A stretch of 64,000 nucleotides of DNA from Eledone cirrhosa (taxonomy: Eukaryota): assembly GCA_964016885.1 (NCBI GenBank), contig OZ024741.1, positions 99,076,001-99,140,000 of the forward strand, read 5' to 3'. The notes under the pieces were generated by a model, which was given only the letters and a program-made list of their open reading frames with translations, had not been told where the DNA came from and made no database searches. Of the stretch, positions 11,249 through 25,436 are shown one piece after another (the stretch's first letter is position 1; the number at the start of each line of letters is the position of its first letter). The translations under genes and the position numbers were made by a program.

Positions 11249-12445
11249 GGACATATTACAAGTGACAATTTTTTAGATATAATGACAAATTACTTTTCAG
11301 TGATAAATTACTTTTCAAATAAGATGGGATATCGGTTATGTATTTCGCACTATGGAGATTTAACCTTGGTATATTTTGCTTATCCAGAGTAACTAACTGT
11401 CTGGAGTAACATCAAGTAATCAAGTTACAGAGTAACATCAAGTAATTAGTGAAACTATACTATATAGTTGACCACTGTAGAGACTACACTATTATATAAG
11501 GAACAGCATCATAAGCCAGAGAGACTAGTTCTTCTAATGGTTGTTATATATAACTTTACAATAACTAAAATAACTGTATAATACATAAAATAAATGATGA
11601 AACTATCAGTAAATTAACATATAAAATACGCAATCTAGGAATAATTTCATAAATAATTGTTTCTACTTTAGGCACAAGGCCAGCAATTACCCAGTGTATT
11701 ACTGGTACTTTATTTTATCGACCCCGTAAGGATGAAAGGCAAAGTCAATCTCGGCGGGATTTGAACTCAGATCGTAAAGGGACGTAACTATGCTGGAAAG
11801 CATGGCGTCCGACCCTCTACCGATACTGCCAAAATAATACAGTTAAATAAGGACACGCTTAACTAAGTCCAGATGCTGAGATGTAAATAATTTCTCATAC
11901 ATATTAACAGTATATTACACAATAATTTCTCATACATATTGTACATAAACTAAAGATGTATAAAACGTAGATCATATATACATACGAAGAACCGTCAAAA
12001 CCACATTAGTTGATGTTAGATGAGATATATTCACATTTGACATGAAATATTACAGTGACAATAATATAGTTATATTATTATTGGCAGAACCGGTAGAGGG
12101 TCGGACGCCATGCTATGCAGCATAGAGTTACGGCCCTTTATGATCTGAGTTCAAATACCGCCGAGGTTAACTTTGCCTTTCATCCTTACGGGGTTGATAA
12201 AATAAAGTACCAGTAATGCACTGAGATAATTGCTAGCCTTGTGCCAAAAGTAGAAACAATTATTATTCTCTTTGTCACATCATATATTTAAGTGTTGCAC
12301 TTCACCATGGAACCTCTAGATTAAGAATGGTGTACAGCAATGTTAAATCAAAAAAACTTAAGCTACAAGAAATTTGTCATGTAAAATTTGATGTTTGTAG
12401 ATTAAAAATAACTTTCCATAAATAAATTTTTCAAAAATGCAAATT

Positions 12446-12537
12446 CGCCCACAGAGGGACTTGAACCCGCGCCCCTCAGATACCTTCATATTATATGCTA
12501 TAAAAATCTGATGCTCTACCGACTGAGCTATGCAGGC
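12446..12537 (-). tRNA. tRNA-Lys(TTT), array copy 7 (C32U, U47G variant)
   Basis: Same variants as copy 5. Confidence 0.75.
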
Positions 12538-13735
12538 GGACATATTTCAAGTGACAATTTTTTAGATATAATGACAAATTACTTTTCAGTGATAAATTAC
12601 TTTTCAAATAAGATGGGATATCGGTTATGTATTTCGCACTATGGAGATTTAACCTTGGTATATTTTGACTTATCCAGAGTAACTAACTGTCTGGAGTAAC
12701 ATCAAGTAATCAAGTTACAGAGTAACATCAAGTAATTAGTGAAACTATACTATATAGTTGACCACTGTAGAGACTACACTATTATATAAGGAACAGCATC
12801 ATAAGCCAGAGAGACTAGTTCTTCTAATGGTTGTTATATATAACTTTGCAATAACTAAAATAACTGTATAATACATAAAATAAATGGTGAAACTATCAGT
12901 AAATTAACATATAAAATACGCAATCTAGGAATAATTTCATAAATAATTGTTTCTACTTTAGGCACAAGGCCAGCAATTACCCAGTGTATTACTGGTACTT
13001 TATTTTATCGACCCCGTAAGGATGAAAGGCAAAGTCAATCTCGGCGGGATTTGAACTCAGATCGTAAAGGGACGTAACTATGCTGGAAAGCATGGCGTCC
13101 GACCCTCTACCGATACTGCCAAAATAATACAGTTAAATAAGGACACGCTTAACTAAGTCCAGATGCTGAGATGTAAATAATTTCTCATACATATTAACAG
13201 TATATTACACAATAATTTCTCATACATATTGTACATAAACTAAAGATGTATAAAACGTAGATCATATATACATACGAAGAACCGTCAAAACCACATTAGT
13301 TGATGTTAGATGAGATATATTCACATTTGACATGAAATATTACAGTGACAATAATATAGTTATATTATTATTGGCAGAACCGGTAGAGGGTCGGACGCCA
13401 TGCTATGCAGCATAGAGTTACGGCCCTTTATGATCTGAGTTCAAATACCGCCGAGGTTAACTTTGCCTTTCATCCTTACGGGGTTGATAAAATAAAGTAC
13501 CAGTAATGCACTGAGATAATTGCTAGCCTTGTGCCAAAAGTAGAAACAATTATTATTCTCTTTGTCACATCATATATTTAAGTGTTGCACTTCACCATGG
13601 AACCTCTAGATTAAGAATGGTGTACAGCAATGTTAAATCAAAAAAACTTAAGCTACAAGAAATTTGTCATGTAAAATTTGATGTTTGTAGATTAAAAATA
13701 ACTTTCCATAAATAAATTTTTCAAAAATGCAAATT

Positions 13736-13827
13736 CGCCCACAGAGGGACTTGAACCCGCGACCCTCAGATACCTTCATAGTATATGCTATAAAAGTCTG
13801 ATGCTCTACCGACTGAGCTATGCAGGC
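13736..13827 (-). tRNA. tRNA-Lys(TTT), array copy 8 (consensus)
   Basis: Identical to copy 2. Confidence 0.88.
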
Positions 13828-15024
13828 GGACATATTACAAGTGACAATTTTTTAGATATAATGACAAATTACTTTTCAGTGATAAATTACTTTTCAAATA
13901 AGATGGGATATCGGTTATGTATTTCGCACTATGGAGATTTAACCTTGGTATATTTTGCTTATCCAGAGTAACTAACTGTCTGGAGTAACATCAAGTAATC
14001 AAGTTACAGAGTAACATCAAGTAATTAGTGAAACTATACTATATAGTTGACCACTGTAGAGACTACACTATTATATAAGGAACAGCATCATAAGCCAGAG
14101 AGACTAGTTCTTCTAATGGTTGTTATATATAACTTTACAATAACTAAAATAACTGTATAATACATAAAATAAATGATGAAACTATCAGTAAATTAACATA
14201 TAAAATACGCAATCTAGGAATAATTTCATAAATAATTGTTTCTACTTTAGGCACAAGGCCAGCAATTACCCAGTGTATTACTGGTACTTTATTTTATCGA
14301 CCCCGTAAGGATGAAAGGCAAAGTCAATCTCGGCGGGATTTGAACTCAGATCGTAAAGGGACGTAACTATGCTGGAAAGCATGGCGTCCGACCCTCTACC
14401 GATACTGCCAAAATAATACAGTTAAATAAGGACACGCTTAACTAAGTCCAGATGCTGAGATGTAAATAATTTCTCATACATATTAACAGTATATTACACA
14501 ATAATTTCTCATACATATTGTACATAAACTAAAGATGTATAAAACGTAGATCATATATACATACGAAGAACCGTCAAAACCACATTAGTTGATGTTAGAT
14601 GAGATATATTCACATTTGACATGAAATATTACAGTGACAATAATATAGTTATATTATTATTGGCAGAACCGGTAGAGGGTCGGACGCCATGCTATGCAGC
14701 ATAGAGTTACGGCCCTTTATGATCTGAGTTCAAATACCGCCGAGGTTAACTTTGCCTTTCATCCTTACGGGGTTGATAAAATAAAGTACCAGTAATGCAC
14801 TGAGATAATTGCTAGCCTTGTGCCAAAAGTAGAAACAATTATTATTCTCTCTGTCACATCATATATTTAAGTGTTGCACTTCACCATGGAACCTCTAGAT
14901 TAAGAATGGTGTACAGCAATGTTAAATCAAAAAAACTTAAGCTACAAGAAATTTGTCATGTAAAATTTGATGTTTGTAGATTAAAAATAACTTTCCATAA
15001 ATAAATTTTTCAAAAATGCAAATT

Positions 15025-15116
15025 CGCCCACAGAGGGACTTGAACCCGCGACCCTCAGATACCTTCATAGTATATGCTATAAAAGTCTGATGCTCTACCG
15101 ACTGAGCTATGCAGGC
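15025..15116 (-). tRNA. tRNA-Lys(TTT), array copy 9 (consensus)
   Basis: Identical to copy 2. Confidence 0.88.
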
Positions 15117-16314
15117 GGACATATTTCAAGTGACAATTTTTTAGATATAATGACAAATTACTTTTCAGTGATAAATTACTTTTCAAATAAGATGGGATAT
15201 CGGTTATGTATTTCGCACTATGGAGATTTAACCTTGGTATATTTTGACTTATCCAGAGTAACTAACTGTCTGGAGTAACATCAAGTAATCAAGTTACAGA
15301 GTAACATCAAGTAATTAGTGAAACTATACTATATAGTTGACCACTGTAGAGACTACACTATTATATAAGGAACAGCATCATAAGCCAGAGAGACTAGTTC
15401 TTCTAATGGTTGTTATATATAACTTTACAATAACTAAAATAACTGTATAATACATAAAATAAATGGTGAAACTATCAGTAAATTAACATATAAAATACGC
15501 AATCTAGGAATAATTTCATAAATAATTGTTTCTACTTTAGGCACAAGGCCAGCAATTACCCAGTGTATTACTGGTACTTTATTTTATCGACCCCGTAAGG
15601 ATGAAAGGCAAAGTCAATCTCGGCGGGATTTGAACTCAGATCGTAAAGGGACGTAACTATGCTGGAAAGCATGGCGTCCGACCCTCTACCGATACTGCCA
15701 AAATAATACAGTTAAATAAGGACACGCTTAACTAAGTCCAGATGCTGAGATGTAAATAATTTCTCATACATATTAACAGTATATTACACAATAATTTCTC
15801 ATACATATTGTACATAAACTAAAGATGTATAAAACGTAGATCATATATACATACGAAGAACCGTCAAAACCACATTAGTTGATGTTAGATGAGATATATT
15901 CACATTTGACATGAAATATTACAGTGACAATAATATAGTTATATTATTATTGGCAGAACCGGTAGAGGGTCGGACGCCATGCTATGCAGCATAGAGTTAC
16001 GGCCCTTTATGATCTGAGTTCAAATACCGCCGAGGTTAACTTTGCCTTTCATCCTTACGGGGTTGATAAAATAAAGTACCAGTAATGCACTGAGATAATT
16101 GCTAGCCTTGTGCCAAAAGTAGAAACAATTATTATTCTCTTTGTCACATCATATATTTAAGTGTTGCACTTCACCATGGAACCTCTAGATTAAGAATGGT
16201 GTACAGCAATGTTAAATCAAAAAAACTTAAGCTACAAGAAATTTGTCATGTAAAATTTGATGTTTGTAGATTAAAAATAACTTTCCATAAATAAATTTTT
16301 CAAAAATGCAAATT

Positions 16315-16406
16315 CGCCCACAGAGGGACTTGAACCCGCGACCCTCAGATACCTTCATAGTATATGCTATAAAAGTCTGATACTCTACAGACTGAGGTAT
16401 GCAGGC
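16315..16406 (-). pseudogene. tRNA-Lys(TTT) array copy 10, D-arm triple mutant (G10C, G18U, C25U)
   Basis: Plus strand tactctacagactgaggtat versus consensus tgctctaccgactgagctat; A box and D stem damaged. Confidence 0.75.
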
Positions 16407-17604
16407 GGACATATTTCAAGTGACAATTTTTTAGATATAATGACAAATTACTTTTCAGTGATAAATTACTTTTCAAATAAGATGGGATATCGGTTATGTA
16501 TTTCGCACTATGGAGATTTAACCTTGGTATATTTTGACTTATCCAGAGTAACTAACTGTCTGGAGTAACATCAAGTAATCAAGTTACAGAGTAACATCAA
16601 GTAATTAGTGAAACTATACTATATAGTTGACCACTGTAGAGACTACACTATTATATAAGGAACAGCATCATAAGCCAGAGAGACTAGTTCTTCTAATGGT
16701 TGTTATATATAACTTTGCAATAACTAAAATAACTGTATAATACATAAAATAAATGGTGAAACTATCAGTAAATTAACATATAAAATACGCAATCTAGGAA
16801 TAATTTCATAAATAATTGTTTCTACTTTAGGCACAAGGCCAGCAATTACCCAGTGTATTACTGGTACTTTATTTTATCGACCCCGTAAGGATGAAAGGCA
16901 AAGTCAATCTCGGCGGGATTTGAACTCAGATCGTAAAGGGACGTAACTATGCTGGAAAGCATGGCGTCCGACCCTCTACCGATACTGCCAAAATAATACA
17001 GTTAAATAAGGACACGCTTAACTAAGTCCAGATGCTGAGATGTAAATAATTTCTCATACATATTAACAGTATATTACACAATAATTTCTCGTACGTATTG
17101 TACATAAACTAAAGATGTATAAAACGTAGATCATATATACATACGAAGAACCGTCAAAACCACATTAGTTGATGTTAGATGAGATATATTCACATTTGAC
17201 ATGAAATATTACAGTGACAATAATATAGTTATATTATTATTGGCAGAACCGGTAGAGGGTCGGACGCCATGCTATGCAGCATAGAGTTACGGCCCTTTAT
17301 GATCTGAGTTCAAATACCGCCGAGGTTAACTTTGCCTTTCATCCTTACGGGGTTGATAAAATAAAGTACCAGTAATGCACTGAGATAATTGCTAGCCTTG
17401 TGCCAAAAGTAGAAACAATTATTATTCTCTTTGTCACATCATATATTTAAGTGTTGCACTTCACCATGGAACCTCTAGATTAAGAATGGTGTACAGCAAT
17501 GTTAAATCAAAAAAACTTAAGCTACAAGAAATTTGTCATGTAAAATTTGATGTTTGTAGATTAAAAATAACTTTCCATAAATAAATTTTTCAAAAATGCA
17601 AATT

Positions 17605-17696
17605 CGCCCACAGAGGGACTTGAACCCGCGACCCTCAGATACCTTCATAGTATATGCTATAAAAGTCTGATGCTCTACCGACTGAGCTATGCAGGC
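17605..17696 (-). tRNA. tRNA-Lys(TTT), array copy 11 (consensus)
   Basis: Identical to copy 2. Confidence 0.88.
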
Positions 17697-18894
17697 GGAC
17701 ATATTTCAAGTGACAATTTTTTAGATATAATGACAAATTACTTTTCAGTGATAAATTACTTTTCAAATAAGATGGGATATCGGTTATGTATTTCGCACTA
17801 TGGAGATTTAACCTTGGTATATTTTGACTTATCCAGAGTAACTAACTGTCTGGAGTAACATCAAGTAATCAAGTTACAGAGTAACATCAAGTAATTAGTG
17901 AAACTATACTATATAGTTGACCACTGTAGAGACTACACTATTATATAAGGAACAGCATCATAAGCCAGAGAGACTAGTTCTTCTAATGGTTGTTATATAT
18001 AACTTTACAATAACTAAAATAACTGTATAATACATAAAATAAATGGTGAAACTATCAGTAAATTAACATATAAAATACGCAATCTAGGAATAATTTCATA
18101 AATAATTGTTTCTACTTTAGGCACAAGGCCAGCAATTACCCAGTGTATTACTGGTACTTTATTTTATCGACCCCGTAAGGATGAAAGGCAAAGTCAATCT
18201 CGGCGGGATTTGAACTCAGATCGTAAAGGGACGTAACTATGCTGGAAAGCATGGCGTCCGACCCTCTACCGATACTGCCAAAATAATACAGTTAAATAAG
18301 GACACGCTTAACTAAGTCCAGATGCTGAGATGTAAATAATTTCTCATACATATTAACAGTATATTACACAATAATTTCTCATACATATTGTACATAAACT
18401 AAAGATGTATAAAACGTAGATCATATATACATACGAAGAACCGTCAAAACCACATTAGTTGATGTTAGATGAGATATATTCACATTTGACATGAAATATT
18501 ACAGTGACAATAATATAGTTATATTATTATTGGCAGAACCGGTAGAGGGTCGGACGCCATGCTATGCAGCATAGAGTTACGGCCCTTTATGATCTGAGTT
18601 CAAATACCGCCGAGGTTAACTTTGCCTTTCATCCTTACGGGGTTGATAAAATAAAGTACCAGTAATGCACTGAGATAATTGCTAGCCTTGTGCCAAAAGT
18701 AGAAACAATTATTATTCTCTCTGTCACATCATATATTTAAGTGTTGCACTTCACCATGGAACCTCTAGATTAAGAATGGTGTACAGCAATGTTAAATCAA
18801 AAAAACTTAAGCTACAAGAAATTTGTCATGTAAAATTTGATGTTTGTAGATTAAAAATAACTTTCCATAAATAAATTTTTCAAAAATGCAAATT

Positions 18895-18986
18895 CGCCCA
18901 CAGAGGGACTTGAACCCGCGACCCTCAGATACCTTCATAGTATATGCTATAAAAGTCTGATACTCTACAGACTGAGGTATGCAGGC
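18895..18986 (-). pseudogene. tRNA-Lys(TTT) array copy 12, D-arm triple mutant
   Basis: Same three substitutions as copy 10. Confidence 0.75.
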
Positions 18987-20184
18987 GGACATATTTCAAG
19001 TGACAATTTTTTAGATATAATGACAAATTACTTTTCAGTGATAAATTACTTTTCAAATAAGATGGGATATCGGTTATGTATTTCGCACTATGGAGATTTA
19101 ACCTTGGTATATTTTGACTTATCCAGAGTAACTAACTGTCTGGAGTAACATCAAGTAATCAAGTTACAGAGTAACATCAAGTAATTAGTGAAACTATACT
19201 ATATAGTTGACCACTGTAGAGACTACACTATTATATAAGGAACAGCATCATAAGCCAGAGAGACTAGTTCTTCTAATGGTTGTTATATATAACTTTGCAA
19301 TAACTAAAATAACTGTATAATACATAAAATAAATGGTGAAACTATCAGTAAATTAACATATAAAATACGCAATCTAGGAATAATTTCATAAATAATTGTT
19401 TCTACTTTAGGCACAAGGCCAGCAATTACCCAGTGTATTACTGGTACTTTATTTTATCGACCCCGTAAGGATGAAAGGCAAAGTCAATCTCGGCGGGATT
19501 TGAACTCAGATCGTAAAGGGACGTAACTATGCTGGAAAGCATGGCGTCCGACCCTCTACCGATACTGCCAAAATAATACAGTTAAATAAGGACACGCTTA
19601 ACTAAGTCCAGATGCTGAGATGTAAATAATTTCTCATACATATTAACAGTATATTACACAATAATTTCTCGTACATATTGTACATAAACTAAAGATGTAT
19701 AAAACGTAGATCATATATACATACGAAGAACCGTCAAAACCACATTAGTTGATGTTAGATGAGATATATTCACATTTGACATGAAATATTACAGTGACAA
19801 TAATATAGTTATATTATTATTGGCAGAACCGGTAGAGGGTCGGACGCCATGCTATGCAGCATAGAGTTACGGCCCTTTATGATCTGAGTTCAAATACCGC
19901 CGAGGTTAACTTTGCCTTTCATCCTTACGGGGTTGATAAAATAAAGTACCAGTAATGCACTGAGATAATTGCTAGCCTTGTGCCAAAAGTAGAAACAATT
20001 ATTATTCTCTTTGTCACATCATATATTTAAGTGTTGCACTTCACCATGGAACCTCTAGATTAAGAATGGTGTACAGCAATGTTAAATCAAAAAAACTTAA
20101 GCTACAAGAAATTTGTCATGTAAAATTTGATGTTTGTAGATTAAAAATAACTTTCCATAAATAAATTTTTCAAAAATGCAAATT

Positions 20185-20276
20185 CGCCCACAGAGGGACT
20201 TGAACCCGCGACCCTCAGATACCTTCATAGTATATGCTATAAAAGTCTGATGCTCTACCGACTGAGCTATGCAGGC
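20185..20276 (-). tRNA. tRNA-Lys(TTT), array copy 13 (consensus)
   Basis: Identical to copy 2. Confidence 0.88.
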
Positions 20277-21474
20277 GGACATATTTCAAGTGACAATTTT
20301 TTAGATATAATGACAAATTACTTTTCAGTGATAAATTACTTTTCAAATAAGATGGGATATCGGTTATGTATTTCGCACTATGGAGATTTAACCTTGGTAT
20401 ATTTTGACTTATCCAGAGTAACTAACTGTCTGGAGTAACATCAAGTAATCAAGTTACAGAGTAACATCAAGTAATTAGTGAAACTATACTATATAGTTGA
20501 CCACTGTAGAGACTACACTATTATATAAGGAACAGCATCATAAGCCAGAGAGACTAGTTCTTCTAATGGTTGTTATATATAACTTTACAATAACTAAAAT
20601 AACTGTATAATACATAAAATAAATGGTGAAACTATCAGTAAATTAACATATAAAATACGCAATCTAGGAATAATTTCATAAATAATTGTTTCTACTTTAG
20701 GCACAAGGCCAGCAATTACCCAGTGTATTACTGGTACTTTATTTTATCGACCCCGTAAGGATGAAAGGCAAAGTCAATCTCGGCGGGATTTGAACTCAGA
20801 TCGTAAAGGGACGTAACTATGCTGGAAAGCATGGCGTCCGACCCTCTACCGATACTGCCAAAATAATACAGTTAAATAAGGACACGCTTAACTAAGTCCA
20901 GATGCTGAGATGTAAATAATTTCTCATACATATTAACAGTATATTACACAATAATTTCTCATACATATTGTACATAAACTAAAGATGTATAAAACGTAGA
21001 TCATATATACATACGAAGAACCGTCAAAACCACATTAGTTGATGTTAGATGAGATATATTCACATTTGACATGAAATATTACAGTGACAATAATATAGTT
21101 ATATTATTATTGGCAGAACCGGTAGAGGGTCGGACGCCATGCTATGCAGCATAGAGTTACGGCCCTTTATGATCTGAGTTCAAATACCGCCGAGGTTAAC
21201 TTTGCCTTTCATCCTTACGGGGTTGATAAAATAAAGTACCAGTAATGCACTGAGATAATTGCTAGCCTTGTGCCAAAAGTAGAAACAATTATTATTCTCT
21301 TTGTCACATCATATATTTAAGTGTTGCACTTCACCATGGAACCTCTAGATTAAGAATGGTGTACAGCAATGTTAAATCAAAAAAACTTAAGCTACAAGAA
21401 ATTTGTCATGTAAAATTTGATGTTAGTAGATTAAAAATAACTTTCCATAAATAAATTTTTCAAAAATGCAAATT

Positions 21475-21566
21475 CGCCCACAGAGGGACTTGAACCCGCG
21501 ACCCTCAGATACCTTCATAGTATATGCTATAAAAGTCTGATGCTCTACCGACTGAGCTATGCAGGC
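21475..21566 (-). tRNA. tRNA-Lys(TTT), array copy 14 (consensus)
   Basis: Identical to copy 2. Confidence 0.88.
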
Positions 21567-22764
21567 GGACATATTTCAAGTGACAATTTTTTAGATATAA
21601 TGACAAATTACTTTTCAGTGATAAATTACTTTTCAAATAAGATGGGATATCGGTTATGTATTTCGCACTATGGAGATTTAACCTTGGTATATTTTGACTT
21701 ATCCAGAGTAACTAACTGTCTGGAGTAACATCAAGTAATCAAGTTACAGAGTAACATCAAGTAATTAGTGAAACTATACTATATAGTTGACCACTGTAGA
21801 GACTACACTATTATATAAGGAACAGCATCATAAGCCAGAGAGACTAGTTCTTCTAATGGTTGTTATATATAACTTTGCAATAACTAAAATAACTGTATAA
21901 TACATAAAATAAATGGTGAAACTATCAGTAAATTAACATATAAAATACGCAATCTAGGAATAATTTCATAAATAATTGTTTCTACTTTAGGCACAAGGCC
22001 AGCAATTACCCAGTGTATTACTGGTACTTTATTTTATCGACCCCGTAAGGATGAAAGGCAAAGTCAATCTCGGCGGGATTTGAACTCAGATCGTAAAGGG
22101 ACGTAACTATGCTGGAAAGCATGGCGTCCGACCCTCTACCGATACTGCCAAAATAATACAGTTAAATAAGGACACGCTTAACTAAGTCCAGATGCTGAGA
22201 TGTAAATAATTTCTCATACATATTAACAGTATATTACACAATAATTTCTCATACATATTGTACATAAACTAAAGATGTATAAAACGTAGATCATATATAC
22301 ATACGAAGAACCGTCAAAACCACATTAGTTGATGTTAGATGAGATATATTCACATTTGACATGAAATATTACAGTGACAATAATATAGTTATATTATTAT
22401 TGGCAGAACCGGTAGAGGGTCGGACGCCATGCTATGCAGCATAGAGTTACGGCCCTTTATGATCTGAGTTCAAATACCGCCGAGGTTAACTTTGCCTTTC
22501 ATCCTTACGGGGTTGATAAAATAAAGTACCAGTAATGCACTGAGATAATTGCTAGCCTTGTGCCAAAAGTAGAAACAATTATTATTCTCTTTGTCACATC
22601 ATATATTTAAGTGTTGCACTTCACCATGGAACCTCTAGATTAAGAATGGTGTACAGCAATGTTAAATCAAAAAAACTTAAGCTACAAGAAATTTGTCATG
22701 TAAAATTTGATGTTTGTAGATTAAAAATAACTTTCCATAAATAAATTTTTCAAAAATGCAAATT

Positions 22765-22856
22765 CGCCCACAGAGGGACTTGAACCCGCGACCCTCAGAT
22801 ACCTTCATCGTATATGCTATAAAAGTCTGATGCTCTACCGACTGAGCTATGCAGGC
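22765..22856 (-). tRNA. tRNA-Lys(TTT), array copy 15 (intron SNP only)
   Basis: Exons match consensus; plus strand accttcatcgtatatgcta in the intron. Confidence 0.88.
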
Positions 22857-24054
22857 GGACATATTTCAAGAGACAATTTTTTAGATATAATGACAAATTA
22901 CTTTTCAGTGATAAATTACTTTTCAAATAAGATGGGATATCGGTTATGTATTTCGCACTATGGAGATTTAACCTTGGTATATTTTGACTTATCCAGAGTA
23001 ACTAACTGTCTGGAGTAACATCAAGTAATCAAGTTACAGAGTAACATCAAGTAATTAGTGAAACTATACTATATAGTTGACCACTGTAGAGACTACACTA
23101 TTATATAAGGAACAGCATCATAAGCCAGAGAGACTAGTTCTTCTAATGGTTGTTATATATAACTTTACAATAACTAAAATAACTGTATAATACATAAAAT
23201 AAATGGTGAAACTATCAGTAAATTAACATATAAAATACGCAATCTAGGAATAATTTCATAAATAATTGTTTCTACTTTAGGCACAAGGCCAGCAATTACC
23301 CAGTGTATTACTGGTACTTTATTTTATCGACCCCGTAAGGATGAAAGGCAAAGTCAATCTCGGCGGGATTTGAACTCAGATCGTAAAGGGACGTAACTAT
23401 GCTGGAAAGCATGGCGTCCGACCCTCTACCGATACTGCCAAAATAATACAGTTAAATAAGGACACGCTTAACTAAGTCCAGATGCTGAGATGTAAATAAT
23501 TTCTCATACATATTAACAGTATATTACACAATAATTTCTCATACATATTGTACATAAACTAAAGATGTATAAAACGTAGATCATATATACATACGAAGAA
23601 CCGTCAAAACCACATTAGTTGATGTTAGATGAGATATATTCACATTTGACATGAAATATTACAGTGACAATAATATAGTTATATTATTATTGGCAGAACC
23701 GGTAGAGGGTCGGACGCCATGCTATGCAGCATAGAGTTACGGCCCTTTATGATCTGAGTTCAAATACCGCCGAGGTTAACTTTGCCTTTCATCCTTACGG
23801 GGTTGATAAAATAAAGTACCAGTAATGCACTGAGATAATTGCTAGCCTTGTGCCAAAAGTAGAAACAATTATTATTCTCTCTGTCACATCATATATTTAA
23901 GTGTTGCACTTCACCATGGAACCTCTAGATTAAGAATGGTGTACAGCAATGTTAAATCAAAAAAACTTAAGCTACAAGAAATTTGTCATGTAAAATTTGA
24001 TGTTTGTAGATTAAAAATAACTTTCCATAAATAAATTTTTCAAAAATGCAAATT

Positions 24055-24146
24055 CGCCCACAGAGGGACTTGAACCCGCGACCCTCAGATACCTTCATAG
24101 TATATGCTATAAAAGTCTGATGCTCTACCGACTGAGCTATGCAGGC
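24055..24146 (-). tRNA. tRNA-Lys(TTT), array copy 16 (consensus)
   Basis: Identical to copy 2. Confidence 0.88.
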
Positions 24147-25344
24147 GGACATATTTCAAGTGACAATTTTTTAGATATAATGACAAATTACTTTTCAGTG
24201 ATAAATTACTTTTCAAATAAGATGGGATATCGGTTATGTATTTCGCACTATGGAGATTTAACCTTGGTATATTTTGACTTATCCAGAGTAACTAACTGTC
24301 TGGAGTAACATCAAGTAATCAAGTTACAGAGTAACATCAAGTAATTAGTGAAACTATACTATATAGTTGACCACTGTAGAGACTACACTATTATATAAGG
24401 AACAGCATCATAAGCCAGAGAGACTAGTTCTTCTAATGGTTGTTATATATAACTTTACAATAACTAAAATAACTGTATAATACATAAAATAAATGGTGAA
24501 ACTATCAGTAAATTAACATATAAAATACGCAATCTAGGAATAATTTCATAAATAATTGTTTCTACTTTAGGCACAAGGCCAGCAATTACCCAGTGTATTA
24601 CTGGTACTTTATTTTATCGACACCGTAAGGATGAAAGGCAAAGTCAACCTCGGCGGGATTTGAACTCAGATCGTAAAGGGACGTAACTATGCTGGAAAGC
24701 ATGGCGTCCGACCCTCTACCGATACTGCCAAAATAATACAGTTAAATAAGGACACGCTTAACTAAGTCCAGATGCTGAGATGTAAATAATTTCTCATACA
24801 TATTAACAGTATATTACACAATAATTTCTCATACATATTGTACATAAACTAAAGATGTATAAAACGTAGATCATATATACATACGAAGAACCGTCAAAAC
24901 CACATTAGTTGATGTTAGATGAGATATATTCACATTTGACATGAAATATTACAGTGACAATAATATAGTTATATTATTATTGGCAGAACCGGTAGAGGGT
25001 CGGACGCCATGCTATGCAGCATAGAGTTACGGCCCTTTATGATCTGAGTTCAAATACCGCCGAGGTTAACTTTGCCTTTCATCCTTACGGGGTTGATAAA
25101 ATAAAGTACCAGTAATGCACTGAGATAATTGCTAGCCTTGTGCCAAAAGTAGAAACAATTATTATTCTCTTTGTCACATCATATATTTAAGTGTTGCACT
25201 TCACCATGGAACCTCTAGATTAAGAATGGTGTACAGCAATGTTAAATCAAAAAAACTTAAGCTACAAGAAATTTGTCATGTAAAATTTGATGTTTGTAGA
25301 TTAAAAATAACTTTCCATAAATAAATTTTTCAAAAATGCGAATT

Positions 25345-25436
25345 CGCCCACAGAGGGACTTGAACCCGCGACCCTCAGATACCTTCATAGTATATGCTAT
25401 AAAAGTCTGATACTCTACAGACTGAGGTATGCAGGC
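25345..25436 (-). pseudogene. tRNA-Lys(TTT) array copy 17, D-arm triple mutant
   Basis: Same three substitutions as copies 10 and 12. Confidence 0.75.
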
